Translations under genes and position numbers: made by a program
The notes under the pieces: model-generated
What the model was told of the DNA's origin: nothing
What the model saw: the letters and a program-made list of their open reading frames with translations, nothing else
The model's database searches: none
Shown: piece after piece, positions 27,021 to 42,674 of the stretch
Layout of the letters: each line of letters begins with the position of its first letter
Position numbering within the stretch: the first letter of the stretch is position 1
Assembly: GCF_006345805.1 (NCBI RefSeq)
Contig: NC_042997.1
Coordinates: 181,536,001-181,600,000 of the forward strand
Length of the DNA stretch: 64,000 nucleotides
Origin: Octopus sinensis
Lineage: Eukaryota
Direction of reading: 5' to 3'

Positions 27021-27880
27021 TGAAGTGGTATCAAAAAGTTCCCGGACTAGTTCTGTAGCACGCCAACAGATGGCAGCACACGGTTGCATGCGCAGTGGTA
27101 CCTAGCAGTGACCTTCATGTGGCAGTGTGCTGAGTGATATCGTTGTGTTTACTTCACAAGTTGTGAAATTTGTGTTTTTGTCATCATGTGTATGTTATAA
27201 TGCAATTTTGTCATGGACAGGAACTAAGAGCCAACGTAAAAGTTTGCGTTAAACTTGGGAAGTCTGCTACAGAGACATTGAGCATGCTTCAGCAAGCTTA
27301 CAGCAACAAGGCAATGGATCGTACGCAATGTTTCGAGTAGTACGGGCGATTCAAAAGCGGAAGAACATTCCTGGAAGATGATGAGCGATTTGAAAGACTT
27401 TCCACAAGCGTTACCTCCGGAAATGTGGTATCGAGCATAGAGAATTAGTCCCCCGTCAATCGAGAAGTTTACTGTGACGTTTTGAAGCGTCTGAGGGGGA
27501 CATTCGGCGAAATCAAAGGATTGGATTCTTCACCGACTTCTCTTCACTCGTGCGTTTCTCGCCAAAAACAACATCGTATCGCTTTCACACCTCCCCTATT
27601 CGCCAGATATAGCACCCGCAGACTTCCATCTCTTCCCGAAGAAGAAAATGCAGCTCAAAGGTCGCTGTTTTTATAACGTTGTCGAGGTCCAGAGTGAATC
27701 ACAGAAGGTCATCGACTCGCTAACAGAAATCGATTTCTAGGCCTGATTCCAAAAAGTGTCAGGAACGCTGGTGTATTGCTGTGGAATATGACTATTTCGA
27801 AGGAGATGATGTTAAAACTTAGGTAAATAAGTTATTTTTATTAAACATAACTAGCATGGGAACCCTTTGATACCACCTCG
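27021..27880 (+). mobile_element. Internally deleted mariner element with TIRs
   Basis: TIRs TGAAGTGGTATCAAAAAGTTCCC / GGGAACCCTTTGATACCACCTCG|TA; remnants CVKLGKSATETLSMLQQAY and PYSPDIAPADFHLFPK. Confidence 0.88.
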
Positions 27881-28769
27881 TATATATCTTCAAAGTGTCA
27901 TGCCTATGGCTCTATTATTTCTTGGTAAATGCTGGGCAGTCAGAGACAATGCAGTTAAGTGTCCCTTCCGTGTCACAAAATATTCTGCTTCATGACAAGA
28001 TTTTTAGTGGTTTCCGGTGTAGAAGCATTGATCCTATGCTGGAATAAAAAAATCTTTTAGTCTTAGCTTTGAGTCTTGTGCTTCTTAGTGAGTGTTGCAA
28101 ATTTTTCTTCTTTACATTCAAACAATTCAGCTTTTTCACGTATTGGTTATATATGGAGATTTTTTCCAACATCATTTCATCATGGCTGAGTTTATAGTGT
28201 TTTCATAATTTTTGTTGTTAGTTGTTTTTCTTTTTAAATATTTGCCATTTCAACTTCTGTTTTGTGTTTGCTGGTTTCTTGCAGACAGAAACAGTTCTTT
28301 TCTTATGTTTGTATTAGTTTGTATTCTTTACAAGTTATTTTATAGTCCTATAGCTGATATTTCATAATAGTTTCCACCTGCATAATGTTATAGATTTCTG
28401 AAATCGTAGTAAATATAACCTTTCTCTATCAGATTTTGCAGTTATTATTCTTCTTGATTATTTTTTGCTGTTTAGTTTCGTTAGATTTCAGTTTTCAGTA
28501 ACTTATAACTGGATCAACAATAATATTAATGCATATTACCTTACGTTTTTGATATTCAGCTCTGTTTTAAGTATTAATCTCATCATCATCATCATCATCG
28601 TGGGATTGGGCAACTTGCCTGGACACATGCAACTCTTCCACGCCAGATGTTTTGATCAAGCGATGTGGCATGAACGTCTGGCGTTGGTTTTAGTCACACC
28701 GGCCTTTCTCTAGCTGAAGTATCTCATCTGTGCACGCTATGACTGCAGGTAGTAACAGTAGTTTGATAA

Positions 28770-29070
28770 CTGAACTGATTGATCCTGACCGTTGACAGTA
28801 TTAATCTAATGCGTATAAAATATTACTTCATAATATTTTCTTTCACTGGTGTGTGTGTTGTATACTCTACTTTATCAATTCTTAGGTATTTGTAGGTCTT
28901 TGTTTAGTCTGCTGCTCTTATTTCTTAATCTAATATGAGATTAATGTTCTTAATTAATTTTTCCAAAGGTTGCTTTGGCGCATATTTCTAATCCGAGTCT
29001 TATATCATTTTCTCTGGTAAATCCACGTTCATGAAGTAGTGTTTCTAGTCCTTTCTCATCTGCAGCTTCT
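28770..29070 (-). pseudogene. R4/Dong-like RT fragment
   Basis: DIRLGLEICAKATFGK and TYKYLRI motifs (late RT domains). Confidence 0.5.
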
Positions 29071-29112
29071 AACATTGTCATCATTATTTCTTTTTCTTCT
29101 TCTTCTTCTTCT

Positions 29113-29745
29113 TGGCGGTGAGCTAGCAGAATCGTTAGCATGCCGTACAAATTGCTTAGCGACATTTCGTCCGTCTTTACGTTTTGAGCTCAAATTCTGC
29201 CGAGGTCGATTTTACCTTTCCTCCTTTTGGAGTCGATAAAATAAGCACCAGTTGAACACTGAAGTGAGGTCAATGTAATCGACTTAACCCCCTCCTCAAA
29301 ACTTGCTGGCCTTGTGCCAAAATTTGAAACCATTGTTGTTGTTGTTTTTGGAAAAAAGCTTCAAGCTAGAATCGTTCCTGACCGGACAAAATGCTTAGCA
29401 GTGTTTCTTCCGACTCTTTAGATTCTGAGTTGAAGTTCCGCCGAGGTCGACACCATGACCGATGTAATCGGTTTTTCTCTTCCCTCATATTACTTGTGTC
29501 AAAATTAGAAAGAACTACTGCTGCCGCTACCACCACCACCACCACCACCACCATTTCTTCTACTACTACAACAACAACGAAAGCTAAATCGGTAGAACCA
29601 CAGACAGCGTATCTTATGGTATTTCGCGGCGTTTCTTTACGTTCTGAGCTCAAATCGCGTCTAGGTTCATTTTTGCCTTTCTGGGTGTTATGAAATAAGT
29701 GATTGTTGATGAAAGTACTGGTACTCGATGTAATTGGTTGCACTC
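29113..29745 (+). mobile_element. SINE family A copies separated by trinucleotide tracts
   Basis: GGCGGTGAGCTAGCAGAATCGTTAGC head followed by two degenerate copies. Confidence 0.75.
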
Positions 29746-30881
29746 CAGAACGTAGCTGAGTTCAAGTATAGTCATATTACAACGACAGAAGGCGTAAATA
29801 TACAGAAAGATACAGATGAGTGCTTCACTGATAAAGTATTTCGATACTGTAATTCTAAAATATGCCTGTTAAATTGAAGATTGTACATAAGGTTTATTGT
29901 CTGGAATCGCAGTAGGTGTACTGCCACTAGTGGAGATAGTAGGATACGCATTGCCAGTTCATGATACTGTGCTGAGTAACAATTCATATCGGATGTTATA
30001 TTTTGAAACTTCCACACTCTAGGAGATAATGAAGGCCATTCAACTGCATTGATGTAATTGGTAGAGATAAACAACGAAAAATTGAAGCTTGGATCTTTGA
30101 AGCTATTTCCTCTCTATGCGAGTAAATGTGGAGCCTATAAGAAATCACTCGATCGGCTAGAAACTGCAGCCTATGATTCTCCAAAGTCACATTCTGATAA
30201 CTGAAGAATAATATTTTGACAATGTAGTCCCTTGTATAAAAAAAAAAATATGGGATGGTCATGGTTAGAAAGTCTTTGATCATAGGTCTAGACTTTCAGG
30301 GATGACCTATGGCGAAACAGCGGCAGCCGCAACACCACCTCGCGTCTACTTGATTAACAAACAACTGTTTCTCTTTACACAGGTATGAGTCAAAGATTCA
30401 TAAAGCAAAAATGTCATCGTGCAAACGCTTATGCCCTTATTAAGGGCATTATCGATACAAGCGGGCCACACATATTTCCTGAAGGCTTTCATTGGTTGCA
30501 CAATTTAAAGAAAATCGAAACCGGGTCACACGATCCACACACAAACACGGCCAAATATAGAGTTCTCTTTTTATAATTTTTTTTTTGTCTCAAACGCGTG
30601 TTATTTAGATTTCGTGTGCAGTGACATTATTTTCAGTTCGTGTTGTCTCGTGTTGAGATTATCACGAAGAACATTTCTATTACCCAGAAGCTATAATCTC
30701 TTTATAGTTTTAGTTTTCAGTTTATTGAATAAGTAGAGTTTGTTATCTAGCACGTTGTTTCATCTATAATTCTTGCTGTTTTGCAAAGAATATTCTTGTT
30801 GTATACATTGTGTATTCTGTTAGCTGTGACTGATTGATGCAATACTTATACTTGTTATATATGCCTGTTGACATCAGCATC

Positions 30882-32182
<1,301 letters not shown>

Positions 32183-32281
32183 CTTATCTATATCTGTCTA
32201 TATCAATAATATCTATCTATATCTGTCTATATCTATCTATTTATATATGTCTATATCTATCTATCTATCTATATCTGTCTA

Positions 32282-32344
<63 letters not shown>

Positions 32345-33699
32345 ATATATATATCTATCTATCTATCTATATCTGTCTATATCTATCTATCTATCTATCT
32401 ATATTTATTATCTATACAAATTTTTATGCTCATCAGTTGATCTGTTAACCTGCCTACACCAACTTATCTATAATTCTGTATACACCTCATTCAATAGCTT
32501 CAACAAGTTTGGTCAGATAATATTTTCAGCGAGGACCCCAAATAAGAATAAAATGTCTAAAGTTATTTCCTATACGTGAGGATGAATATATATATGTCGC
32601 CATATATACTATTTTGAATACATCGGCTTAAAATCTAAATGCTTACGCAAAAACACACAAAAGAGTAATGAGTTCCTCACTAAACAGCTCTGTAGTTGTT
32701 ATGACACCAGTGGAAACCGCTTCATCGTGAGCGCTTCTGTTTAGTCACTCGACCTGCTAAAAATAACAATCAAGTCTTCTAGTCAAAATCTACCGTCTTA
32801 ATGAAGAAATGACACATTGGATAATGCTCATCTGGAGGCGTTATGTCCAAAGACAAAGACGAGATAATTCGGCTGCAACACCCTTGATCATAAATCTGCT
32901 TGATCAGTGCTTTCCTTGGTCTAAACAACAACAACAAGCACTAGACCAGAATTCTCAACTATTTTCTCTTTAGAGTTTTACTTCGACTTTGAGAGCTGAA
33001 GAATTACCAAAGTGCCAATTCTCTGACACTACCTTCCAAATGTTTTTCTCTTCCGATATCTGTTTCTTCACTTGAACTTTTCTTTGCAAGAATATTTTAG
33101 CAAAGCAATGAGGATTTCACATGCAATGTGCTCATTCGGTATCCGGATTCTGCTTTTAACAATATTCAGCAACTTTTAAAAAGCTCAATTACAGAGTAGA
33201 TTGTTTCTTGAACCTTGATGGAGAATTTGTGGTTGCATCTCATTTAGATATTTGGTATGTCTTTGAACGCGTACCTACTCAATTAAAGATTTTTGGGGAC
33301 CAATTAACATCATCAACTAATTGGATCACAGATGCGTGATTTCCTCCCTGGATCTGTTATTGCTATTAGGAATATCAAAACTCAAGAAAACAATTTGGGA
33401 AAGAAGCATACATAAAAATGAAATATAATAAAAGATCTCGCAATCTTTTATGAAACCAATACGTAAAGAGACAAGTGGAAAAAAAAACCGGAGGGAGAAT
33501 TACTTCGGGATTATATCTGCAACACAAATAAGAGTAGATGAAATCAAAGACACACAACACGGAAGATGTTGTCAGTTTGTGGTTCGGCAAAAATACCGAT
33601 CAGATAAGCAACAAGCTTAAAATAAGTACTGGGACCAAGTTGTTCAACTGACTCAATAGGGAAGCACTCCAACATGTTTAAAACAAGTAAAAGCTAAAA

Positions 33700-34396
33700 G
33701 AGGAACTCCAAACAATTTTTTGAAGAACTAGGTTAAAATAAGATAGAAATCAATGAAACACCATCAGCCAGAAATGTTGAGGGTGGCGTTTAGGAATCGA
33801 TTAAAACATCGCAGATGAGTTTTTCAAAACAACGCACGCGGTACATGATTTATCGTGGAGGCTTTAACAATGTAAGGAGTAGCCCAGACTCCTCAAAAAT
33901 ATACAAACTTTAAGGCACTAGGGTATGATAAAAATTCTAATCTTTTGCTTAAAATATCTGATACTGGTTGAGATGCTTCATAAGATACTGAAAAAGCCAG
34001 ACGAAAAAAAAAAAAGAAAAAAGAAAACTGAGGCAGAAAACCATTTTAATCTCCAAGACTAAAAGAACGGCAATCTGTAAACGCTACAGAGCCATAACCT
34101 ATCTTGCGATAGCTGGCTAAGCTTATTACTGCAATAGTATTGTAGGGGTTAAAAATACATCGAGAAATAAAATAATTTGTATCCGAAAGAGCAGACGGAA
34201 TGCTCTAAAAGCTTATAAGGTTGTAAAGTTGACTTACTGATCAACATAGTCGTAGAAGGGCTTGATCATAATTGACTACAACTATCAAAAGGCTTTTGAT
34301 AGTATTATCTTCATGCGGATTAGAGAAACATTAAGTATGAATAAGTTATCACCAATGATAAGTAGTTATATCCAATACATCATGGCTCTGTCTGTA

Positions 34397-34475
<79 letters not shown>

Positions 34476-37015
34476 GTCTCTCTGTGTGTCTCTCTCTCTG
34501 TCTCTCTTTCTCTGAGGGTTCTACCGAAAGTAATGCAAAAGTGAGTGCAAGAGTAAATCGTTCTCTGAATAAAGTTATGAAATACGTTGTCTCTATCACA
34601 ATGCATTTACTCCATTATAGAGCTCAACTATCGAATCCTCTTCAGGTGTGCACTGTTGTATCATATTTACAACCACTTCCATTTTGTCTGTCATAAAATC
34701 GTTATTCTTGAAAACTGTCTTTCGTTGGACCGAACAGGTGGAGGTCGAAGGGCGTCAGTGGACGGGGTGGGGATGGGAGCAATTTGCCGATAGTTTGATT
34801 TGTTGCCCAAAATGTATGTGGTCGCGTATTGTCATGGTATTTGTGAGTGTTTTCAGATTCCTCTTCAATCTCTTCCTACGAAGGGTTTCTATAAACCTTC
34901 CGAGTGTCTCAACGTACTGCTCGCAGTTCACAGTATACCCATGTTCTAGAAAATTATGGAGAATCATGTTCTTTCCATCCAAAAAGCAACCATCATGACT
35001 TTCTGTATTCACCAGTAGCTCGTCGATATATTTCTTTGTGGAGAAGATGTACGACGCCACTCGATGGGCTATGACTTCGTCTCTGGATCATAAAGTTACG
35101 TTTACATTTCATCCCTTGTCACCAGATCGAACAAATCGTGTCTTCATTAGCATCAAAAGCTTCCAGCAGCTATGGACAAATTTCCATTTTTCTTGAGTTG
35201 CTCATTTTCCGCATATTTTATGACACCCTGTGTCTTTCACCCACATCTCCAATGCATTGTGATTACAATTCAGCTGTGTAACAAGCTCACATATTATGAC
35301 TCGTTTATCTGCGCGATTCAGCTAGCGCACTTACTGGCCATTCGCTTCAGTTTTGGCAGTTAATGGTCTCCCACTCCGTGATTTATGTTAACTGCTGTCT
35401 TTCCCCCTCTTTAAACCCCTCCATTAATCTGTGCACATTGCTCTAGTAGACAGTGTAATCTCTGTAAACAACATACATCCTTCTGTAGCTGTCGGGTATC
35501 TTATACCTCTTCTTCGTCAACGATTTAATAACGGTGCGTTGCTTCTACTTGGAACCCATTATTTGCCTGCTCTGGAGAAGAACAGAAAGAAAAGTTACTA
35601 TAGAGGAACAGTTTCTCTACCAACATGGGCAATTTGCACAACTTCACTACTTTTGGTGTCGTCTATGTATTCTGGATAGACTTGGCTACAAAAACTGTGG
35701 GAGGACAATCAACAATCTTTTATATACAAAAGCTGTGGGAGGACAATGAACAATCTCAAGTCGCTCGCTGCGAGTGATAAACAACTGCTAACATTATTAC
35801 AGATAGCAGACGGATTTACCAAACGAACTGATATAAAACTCGAATTGGAAAATTTGCACATAGCAACATTGTAATGAAGAAAATTAATTACGAACACTAG
35901 CAACATGAATAGAGATAAAAGAATGCGACCAACAGAAATTTACAAATACTTTGGAATCAATGAACTACACAGAGTATAGTGCATGTAAATGAAAGAAAAG
36001 GTTAGAAAAGAATATTACAGACACATTAGATTAATATTTAAAATAGAGCTTAAGGAAACAATAAAACAAATTAGATAACAAGATAATAACTAGATACTAT
36101 TTGCAACTGAGCACTAAATGGATCATATGATTGGACAGAAAAACAAGAAAAACTGACCGCTTTTTATAATATATTATTCAAAATCTGGTATATAAAGATT
36201 ATATTTACTGCAAATGCAAAGAGTTAAGGATATTATAAAATATCTATCGTAGGACTACACAAAATTATCTAGTAAAAAAACCTCCACAAAAACAAACAAA
36301 ACCCGAAAATTAATTCAAAATAAATATATCTTCTGACTGTAAGGAAGCCAACAGAGGCTGAAGATAAAAACCTGTAAGAATAGAAATGAAATAACAATTA
36401 AAATTGGGATAAGGCTAAAAACGAAACTAAAAATTGTACTGCAGTCCGCCACATTATAGCTATGGTAAGAACTAACTTTTATACTAAAGGACTAACATCT
36501 TAAAAAAGAAAATAAGATTGAAGTCGACAATGAGAAGTCCCTGAGAAGCTCAGGATTCAAAGTTTAGACTGAAAGAGCATTGATAGCAGCATAGGAGCAA
36601 AGGCTCCCCGCTAAAAATAATTAAAATGATGTAACTACAGAATATAATGGCAGTTGAGAGGATATAATTAACATATTGTTTCTGACTGCCAAGAGGGAAC
36701 AGACTATAGGAGTCGGATTTTCTTACATGAATAGGAATGCCATCGTTATGAAACACCAACAGAAACGATGAACATATACCTGAATAGGACAAAGATAATG
36801 ACAAAGTGACCTTGGGATATGCAAATATACACAAACAAGGAGAACATGGATAATCGGTCGGATTAGTTGTCAAGGATGACAAAGAAAAGAAATGTCGACA
36901 TTTGTGAATGTATTGCATTGTCTTGAGAATAAATGGCAAAATTATCCCAAAACAAAGATTGGGAAATAGAAAAGGAGGAATGAAAACTAGAGCAATCCCT
37001 ATTATAGATTATAAT
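33700..37015 (+). pseudogene. Degenerate R4/Dong-like RLE LINE interrupted by a microsatellite and a mariner
   Basis: YRAITYL, KEQ..GCKVDLLIN, YQKAFDS (34080-34320); YKYFGI and MKEKVRKEYYR (35940-36050); ALIAA.EQ; WDMQIYT..NRSD..KDDKEKKC (36810-36900). Confidence 0.7.
34514..35230 (-). mobile_element. Degenerate mariner element
   Basis: FLDGKNMILHNFLEHGYTVNCEQYVETL (ORF 34755-35060); TIR-like GAGGGTTCTACCGAAAGTAATGC at the left end. Confidence 0.7.
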
Positions 37016-37019
37016 AGGT

Positions 37020-37375
37020 ACTCTTTTACTCTTTTACTTGTTTCAGTCACTTGACTGTGACCATGCTGGAGCACCGCCTTTAGTCGAGCAAATCGACCCC
37101 AGGACTTATTCTATCGGTTTCTTTTGCCGAACCGCTAAGTTACGGGGACGTAAACACGCCAGCATTGGTTGTCAAGCGATGTTGGGGGGACAAACACAGA
37201 CACACATATATACATATATACGACGGGCTTCTTTCAGTTTCTGTCTACCAAATCCACTCAGAAGGCTTTGGTCGGCCCGAGGCTATAGAAGACACTTGCC
37301 TAAGGTGCCACGCAGTGGGACTAAATCCGGAACCATGTGGTTGGTAAGCAAGCTACTTACCACACAGCCGCTCTT
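37020..37375 (-). mobile_element. SINE family B, full length
   Basis: Tail repeats, body and tRNA-like head as in the copy at 25728-26233. Confidence 0.9.
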
Positions 37376-38185
37376 GCACCTATATCTTAAGAATCTTAGA
37401 AAAATATTCGTTTCAAAATATAAGCACTGAATTCGCTGGTTCCAATGTTTTAGCTGATGAGCCACAGCAACAAGTAGTGGCAGATATCCTTTGTTCTTAG
37501 AGTTTCTTAGAAAGTCTCCTAGATGTTAAGAGAAAAATGAAAGTGAAACCAATGTGATAATGACTACTGAAGCAGTTTGGCATGACCGCTCGAAGAATTA
37601 TGTTAACAGTAAAAGGAGTTGGTTATCGAAAGCTTCTAAAAGAAACTAGAACTTGATTGAAAAAAGAAGAAAAGAAAAAAAAGCAGCAAAGTATAAAACG
37701 AATTAAGAATACATTTCTATGTCTTACCTAGCATTAACGATTTTTGGAGGAAAAGTAGAAAGTACATAAAAACAAACGAACGGATAAATAAGGCAATGAA
37801 CAAGAACACTAAAGGCAAACAATGAGGAAACAAGCGAACATCTCGCAATACGTGCGTTCTAGGAACACAGAAGTTGTAATAATTGATAAAGTAGCGTCTT
37901 AGTCATGTTCCAGTCTCTGATCTGTGTGTACAATGTGTGGAAGATGAGCCTTTGTGCAGCTGTTTGTAAGAAAATATTAATGGTTAACAAAAGTTGAACA
38001 TTCAAGAAACACGTTATCAAATAGTAAGATTAAGATAAGTTTGTCAGTCTTATTAATCTTTCCTCGTATGAGATGCACGTGTAGGATATACACTGAAACT
38101 GCTTGCGTATCCTTGTTTATTTTTTGTCCTTTCCCTCTATATGTTCATACAAGTGTGAATATACATACATGTAAAACACACACAC

Positions 38186-38238
<53 letters not shown>

Positions 38239-38247
38239 TAGATAGAT

Positions 38248-38311
<64 letters not shown>

Positions 38312-38577
38312 AGAGAAAAGAAGTGATGGAGAGATACGCATGACTGTGGTTAAAAAGCTTGCTTTGAAACTATTTGGTTTCGGGTTCATATACAATATAA
38401 ATACTCGTCTTAACTCTTCATTTTTTTTCTGACATTTTATATGAAAATAGTGACACAGAGCTTTTCGTGTGCGTGTGTGTGTGACAGAGAGAGAGAGGGA
38501 GAGAGAGAGGGGGAGAGAGATAGAGAGAGTATCTGTGTATATGTATATAACGGAACATATATATATATATATATATT

Positions 38578-38810
38578 GAAGGCGGCGAGCTGGCAGAAAC
38601 TTTAGCACGCCGGGCGAAATTCGTGACCGTATTTCGTCTGCCGTTACGTTCTGAGTTCAAATTCCACCGAGGTCGACTTTGCCTTTCATCCTTTCGGGGT
38701 CGATAAAGTAAGTACCAGTTGCGCACTGGGGTCGATGTAATCGACTTAATCCCTTTGTTTGTCCTTGTTTGTCCTCTCTGTGTTTAGCCCCTTGTGGGTA
38801 GTAAAGAAAT
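38578..38810 (+). mobile_element. SINE family A in (TA)n
   Basis: Near-identical to 5331-5564. Confidence 0.92.
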
Positions 38811-38825
38811 ATATATATATATATA

Positions 38826-40066
38826 CAGGCGTTGGACATCATAATTTTGAAATATGTATAAAACCATCAAAAGCTTGGTTATTTTAATGTTTTTTGATTT
38901 ATTATTAGTGTTGCTTAACATGTTTTGCTAAAATTGCTGTTTCGTTTCAGATATCCTCAGAAAAAGGTAATTAAAATTCATTAAAATGATAAATCTATCG
39001 GACTTTCAAAGAGGTGAAATTGTTGGTGCTCGTATAGCAGACGCTAGCGTTACGAAAACAGCCGAAATGTTTGGTGTATCAAGAAGCACTGGCTCGAAAG
39101 TATTGACAGCCTTTAAGAAAGAGGGAAAAACCTCCTCGTCGAAACAAAACCCCGGAAGAAAACCAAAACTTTCAGATAGGGACCGTCGAACTTTTACGCA
39201 AATTGTTAGAAAGGATCACAAAAGTACAGCTCCCCAAATTACTGCAGAGCTTAACTACCATCTCGAGAACCCTGTTCCCACAAAAACTGTTCACCGGGAG
39301 CTGCACAAAGCCGGATTTCACGGGAGGGCTGCAATCAGAAAACAACTGCTTTCAAAAACAAACTTTGCATACAGTGGAGTAAAAACCTACATAATTTGTC
39401 CCTAGGGCAGTAGAAGAATGTTATTTTCTCGGAAGAGTCATCCTATACCTTATTTCCGACCACCGGCTGAGTATATTTGTGGAAACAACCAAAAGAAGCA
39501 TTTGATCCAGACTACCTTCTTCCAACTGTTAAACATGGAGGAGGATTTGTGATGATCTGGGTAGGCGGGGGGCTATATCTTGGAAATCAGCCGGCCCAAT
39601 GGTTTTCCTTCATGACAGAATTAATAGTCAAGACTATATATACATTTTATCTGATGAAATTCATCCTACGGTTGGGGAACTGTTTCCGGAGGGAAACGCA
39701 ATCTTTCCTGATGATAATGCACCAATTTTACACAGCAAAATTTGTTACTGAATGGCACGAGGAACATTCTAGCGAAGTTGAACATCTTATCTGGCCACCA
39801 CAATCCCCAGATCTCAATATTGTTGAACATTTATGGTGCATTTTAGAAAAACAAGTAAGGAGTCGATATCCTCCACCATTATTAGAACTGGAGACTGTTT
39901 TAGCTGAAGAATGGACAAAAATTCCTTTGGAAACAATCCAAACTTTGTATGAGTTCATACTTCATAGAATTCAAGCTGTAATTACTGCCAAAAGCAGTCC
40001 TACCCCATATTAAAATAAATTTGTTTGAAATCTTAAGGTGTTTCCATGTTTTTTTTCCAACCTCTG
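38826..40066 (+). mobile_element. Full-length Tc1-like element with disrupted transposase (38986-40013)
   Basis: TIRs TA|CAGGCGTTGGAC.. / ..TCCAACCTCTG; LSDFQRGEIVG HTH, GRKPKLSDRD, VIFSEES, PTVKHGGG, WPPQSPDLNIVEHLW; frameshifts and stops. Confidence 0.93.
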
Positions 40067-40072
40067 AATGCA

Positions 40073-40130
40073 CTAGCAGAAATACCCGGCGTTGCCCGGG
40101 TTAAAGAAACTAATGAAATTTTAAGATGCT
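40073..40130 (-). mobile_element. Helitron 3' terminus
   Basis: Minus strand CCCGGGCAACGCCGGG hairpin, then TATTTCTG CTAG|T; same style as 3756-3783. Confidence 0.75.
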
Positions 40131-40132
40131 CT

Positions 40133-40795
40133 CTAGATTACGTGGGTCTCAACTGCTTCTATGTCTGGCTGGATTCCTTCCACTCTGATCCTGGACGTCT
40201 TCCTGCCAAGATACGAGGGCAGAAGGACTACTTTTTCTGTTTTGATAGTCCTTGCTGCCATCCTCCTAGCGACTGCCTCCGACTCGAACTGCACTACAAC
40301 AGTACCATACTTATTCCCTCTTGTCAGGAATATTACTTTTTCTGCTGTTGTCCGCAATGCCTCCTCCACGGTTTCCATTCCAACTAAATCTATTTTCCTT
40401 TTTTCTGTCGCAAACACTTTGTATGTTATGATTTTCCTTTCAAAATTCTTTATCGTTTTCCTTGGTGGAGACAATTCCACGTCACCGCCTACCTTTTTCA
40501 CCAATTTTTGGCCATCCAGTAGCTTAGCAAGGTTAACCTCTTTACTTGTTGGCTTCATTGCTCCTGCGTAATTCATTCTTCCTTCTATCACCATATCCAT
40601 TCTGTTGACCACTCTCGCCAGTTCCTCCTCCGAAGTCGGCAGATCCAACTCACTGAGGTCAGAATACCTGTTTCCTCTTTGCCATTTCTCAAAAAACACC
40701 ACTGCTGCGAACAGCGAAAATCCAAACAATTCCACAAAACAAATACAATCTTAAACCATTCAACTTACACAGACCAAAAAACGCGAAACAGGAGA
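40133..40795 (-). pseudogene. 5' part (ORF1) of a Tx1/L1-like LINE, 3'-truncated
   Basis: ~180-aa natural-looking frame (NRYSDLSE..YAGAMK..YGTVVVQFESEAVA..YLGRKTSRIRVEGI) resembling RRM-type ORF1. Probable ATG near 40685 is out of frame by 1 nt. Confidence 0.6.
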
Positions 40796-41495
40796 CATGA
40801 ATAGATCAAAAATTTTAAAAGAAAAGCTTATACTTTTATGAAAAGCTTATATAATTTAAAAGAAAAAGCCATCAACGGACTAGTCTAAATTTAAAAAAAA
40901 AACGTCTATTGCTAAACTTTTAGGTGGTTGAAGTTAACAGAAATCCAACCTCGGCGGTTTCAATCTCCGTAATGCTAAACAAATTTATTATATCTACTTT
41001 TATTTCTATACACTTTCAAAAAGATGGACGAAAACCTATGGTTGCAAAAAGGAATTACCTTTTACTTATGAACTTTGGACGTACTTGTATGAGGGAAGTA
41101 AAAGACCTTTTCAAATATTTTTTAAATATTTAAAAAAAAATTGTTTTAAAATCTTTAAAGGAATATCTTAATCGTCTGATAAAACATTTTTAGTGGGTGG
41201 ATATTTATTTTACTTCAATTTATTTTTACCTTTACTTATTTTATATTTGTCTATTATGTCTTTTTGGTAGTTTTTGAATTTTTTAGCCGTTTATATTTAA
41301 CATTTTTGATAGGCCGTTCTATTTGCATTCTATTCGATTCTTTACTTTTACCTGCTGTGATTTTATGCATATGTATTATTTTTATGGGTTTGTGAACCAT
41401 GATAAATTTTATGTATGAGTAAATGTTTGAGGTGTGGTATTGTATGTAAAGTCGTTGACCCAAATTTAACGTTTGTTTTATAACCAATGCTTCTT

Positions 41496-41533
<38 letters not shown>

Positions 41534-41539
41534 ATATAT

Positions 41540-41731
41540 CTGTGCACACCTTTGAATGCAGTGTATGCCAGAAACTTATCTGCAGCTCTTGCTGGTCTAA
41601 ACCGGATGTGCAATCTATGTGGGTGTCTTTTCAGAACATTGTCTGGTTTAAAAACCCACATCAGACGCTATGATGGTGCTAAGGTGTAGATACAGGAGGT
41701 GGTCAAACTCTGCATAAGGACTATATAACCA

Positions 41732-41733
<2 letters not shown>
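41540..41733 (+). mobile_element. LINE 3'-end fragment with C2H2-like motifs, inside (TA)n
   Basis: FECSVCQK.. and CNLCGCLFRTLSGLKTHIRRY, typical of RTE-type C-termini. Confidence 0.5.
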
Positions 41734-41790
<57 letters not shown>

Positions 41791-41970
41791 ATATTAGAAA
41801 AAAAACCCACCTTTTATCAATTCAAAATGAATAATTAAGTTACACCATCTAGAAAATTACATATAGAAAAGTTAAAATCAAAATAACAATTAAAAAGTAA
41901 AAATTAAGTAAATTACAAAAATAATAATAGGTTGAAAAACGACACGTGTTTCGCTGCTATACATATACAT

Positions 41971-42017
<47 letters not shown>

Positions 42018-42674
42018 TATGAAAATTCTAAATATACATAAGTGAAAAATAAAATAATACTTCAATAATTAAGTACTTTAAAATTAAATAAAATACACAA
42101 AGCTATTACAAGTCATTAAATTGTAATCAAAATAAGAAATGGTTCAAATATAGACAAACTCCTTACATAAGCTAACCATATAATAAATATACATGTGTAG
42201 TATCTATAGATTTAATATAACAATTTATAACAAAATTGACTAAATATCAAATAATATAATACCTAATTAACTTCAATTTAATATTACAAATACATAATCC
42301 ACCTATATATCAATAAATAATATAATATATTATATATATATATATATATAATAGCGAGAATAATATGTTAATGGAAACGAATAATACATGTTTTATGGAA
42401 CAAAAACAGTAAATGATACATGAATAAATAAAATAGTAGTTTCAAATTTATTGAGGTGGGTGTGTCGATTACATTTGCTCCAGTTCGCAACTGGTACTAA
42501 TGTATTCTATCAACTCCGACAGGATGAAAGACAAGGTCGAACTCGGTGGTATTTGAACTCACAGCGTAAAATCTGAAGAAATACTTCTAAGTATTTTGTC
42601 TTGCGTGCTAACGTTTCTGCGTGTCCGCTGCCTTAATAAACGAAAACAATAAATAATTCTTTCTACTATAGGCT

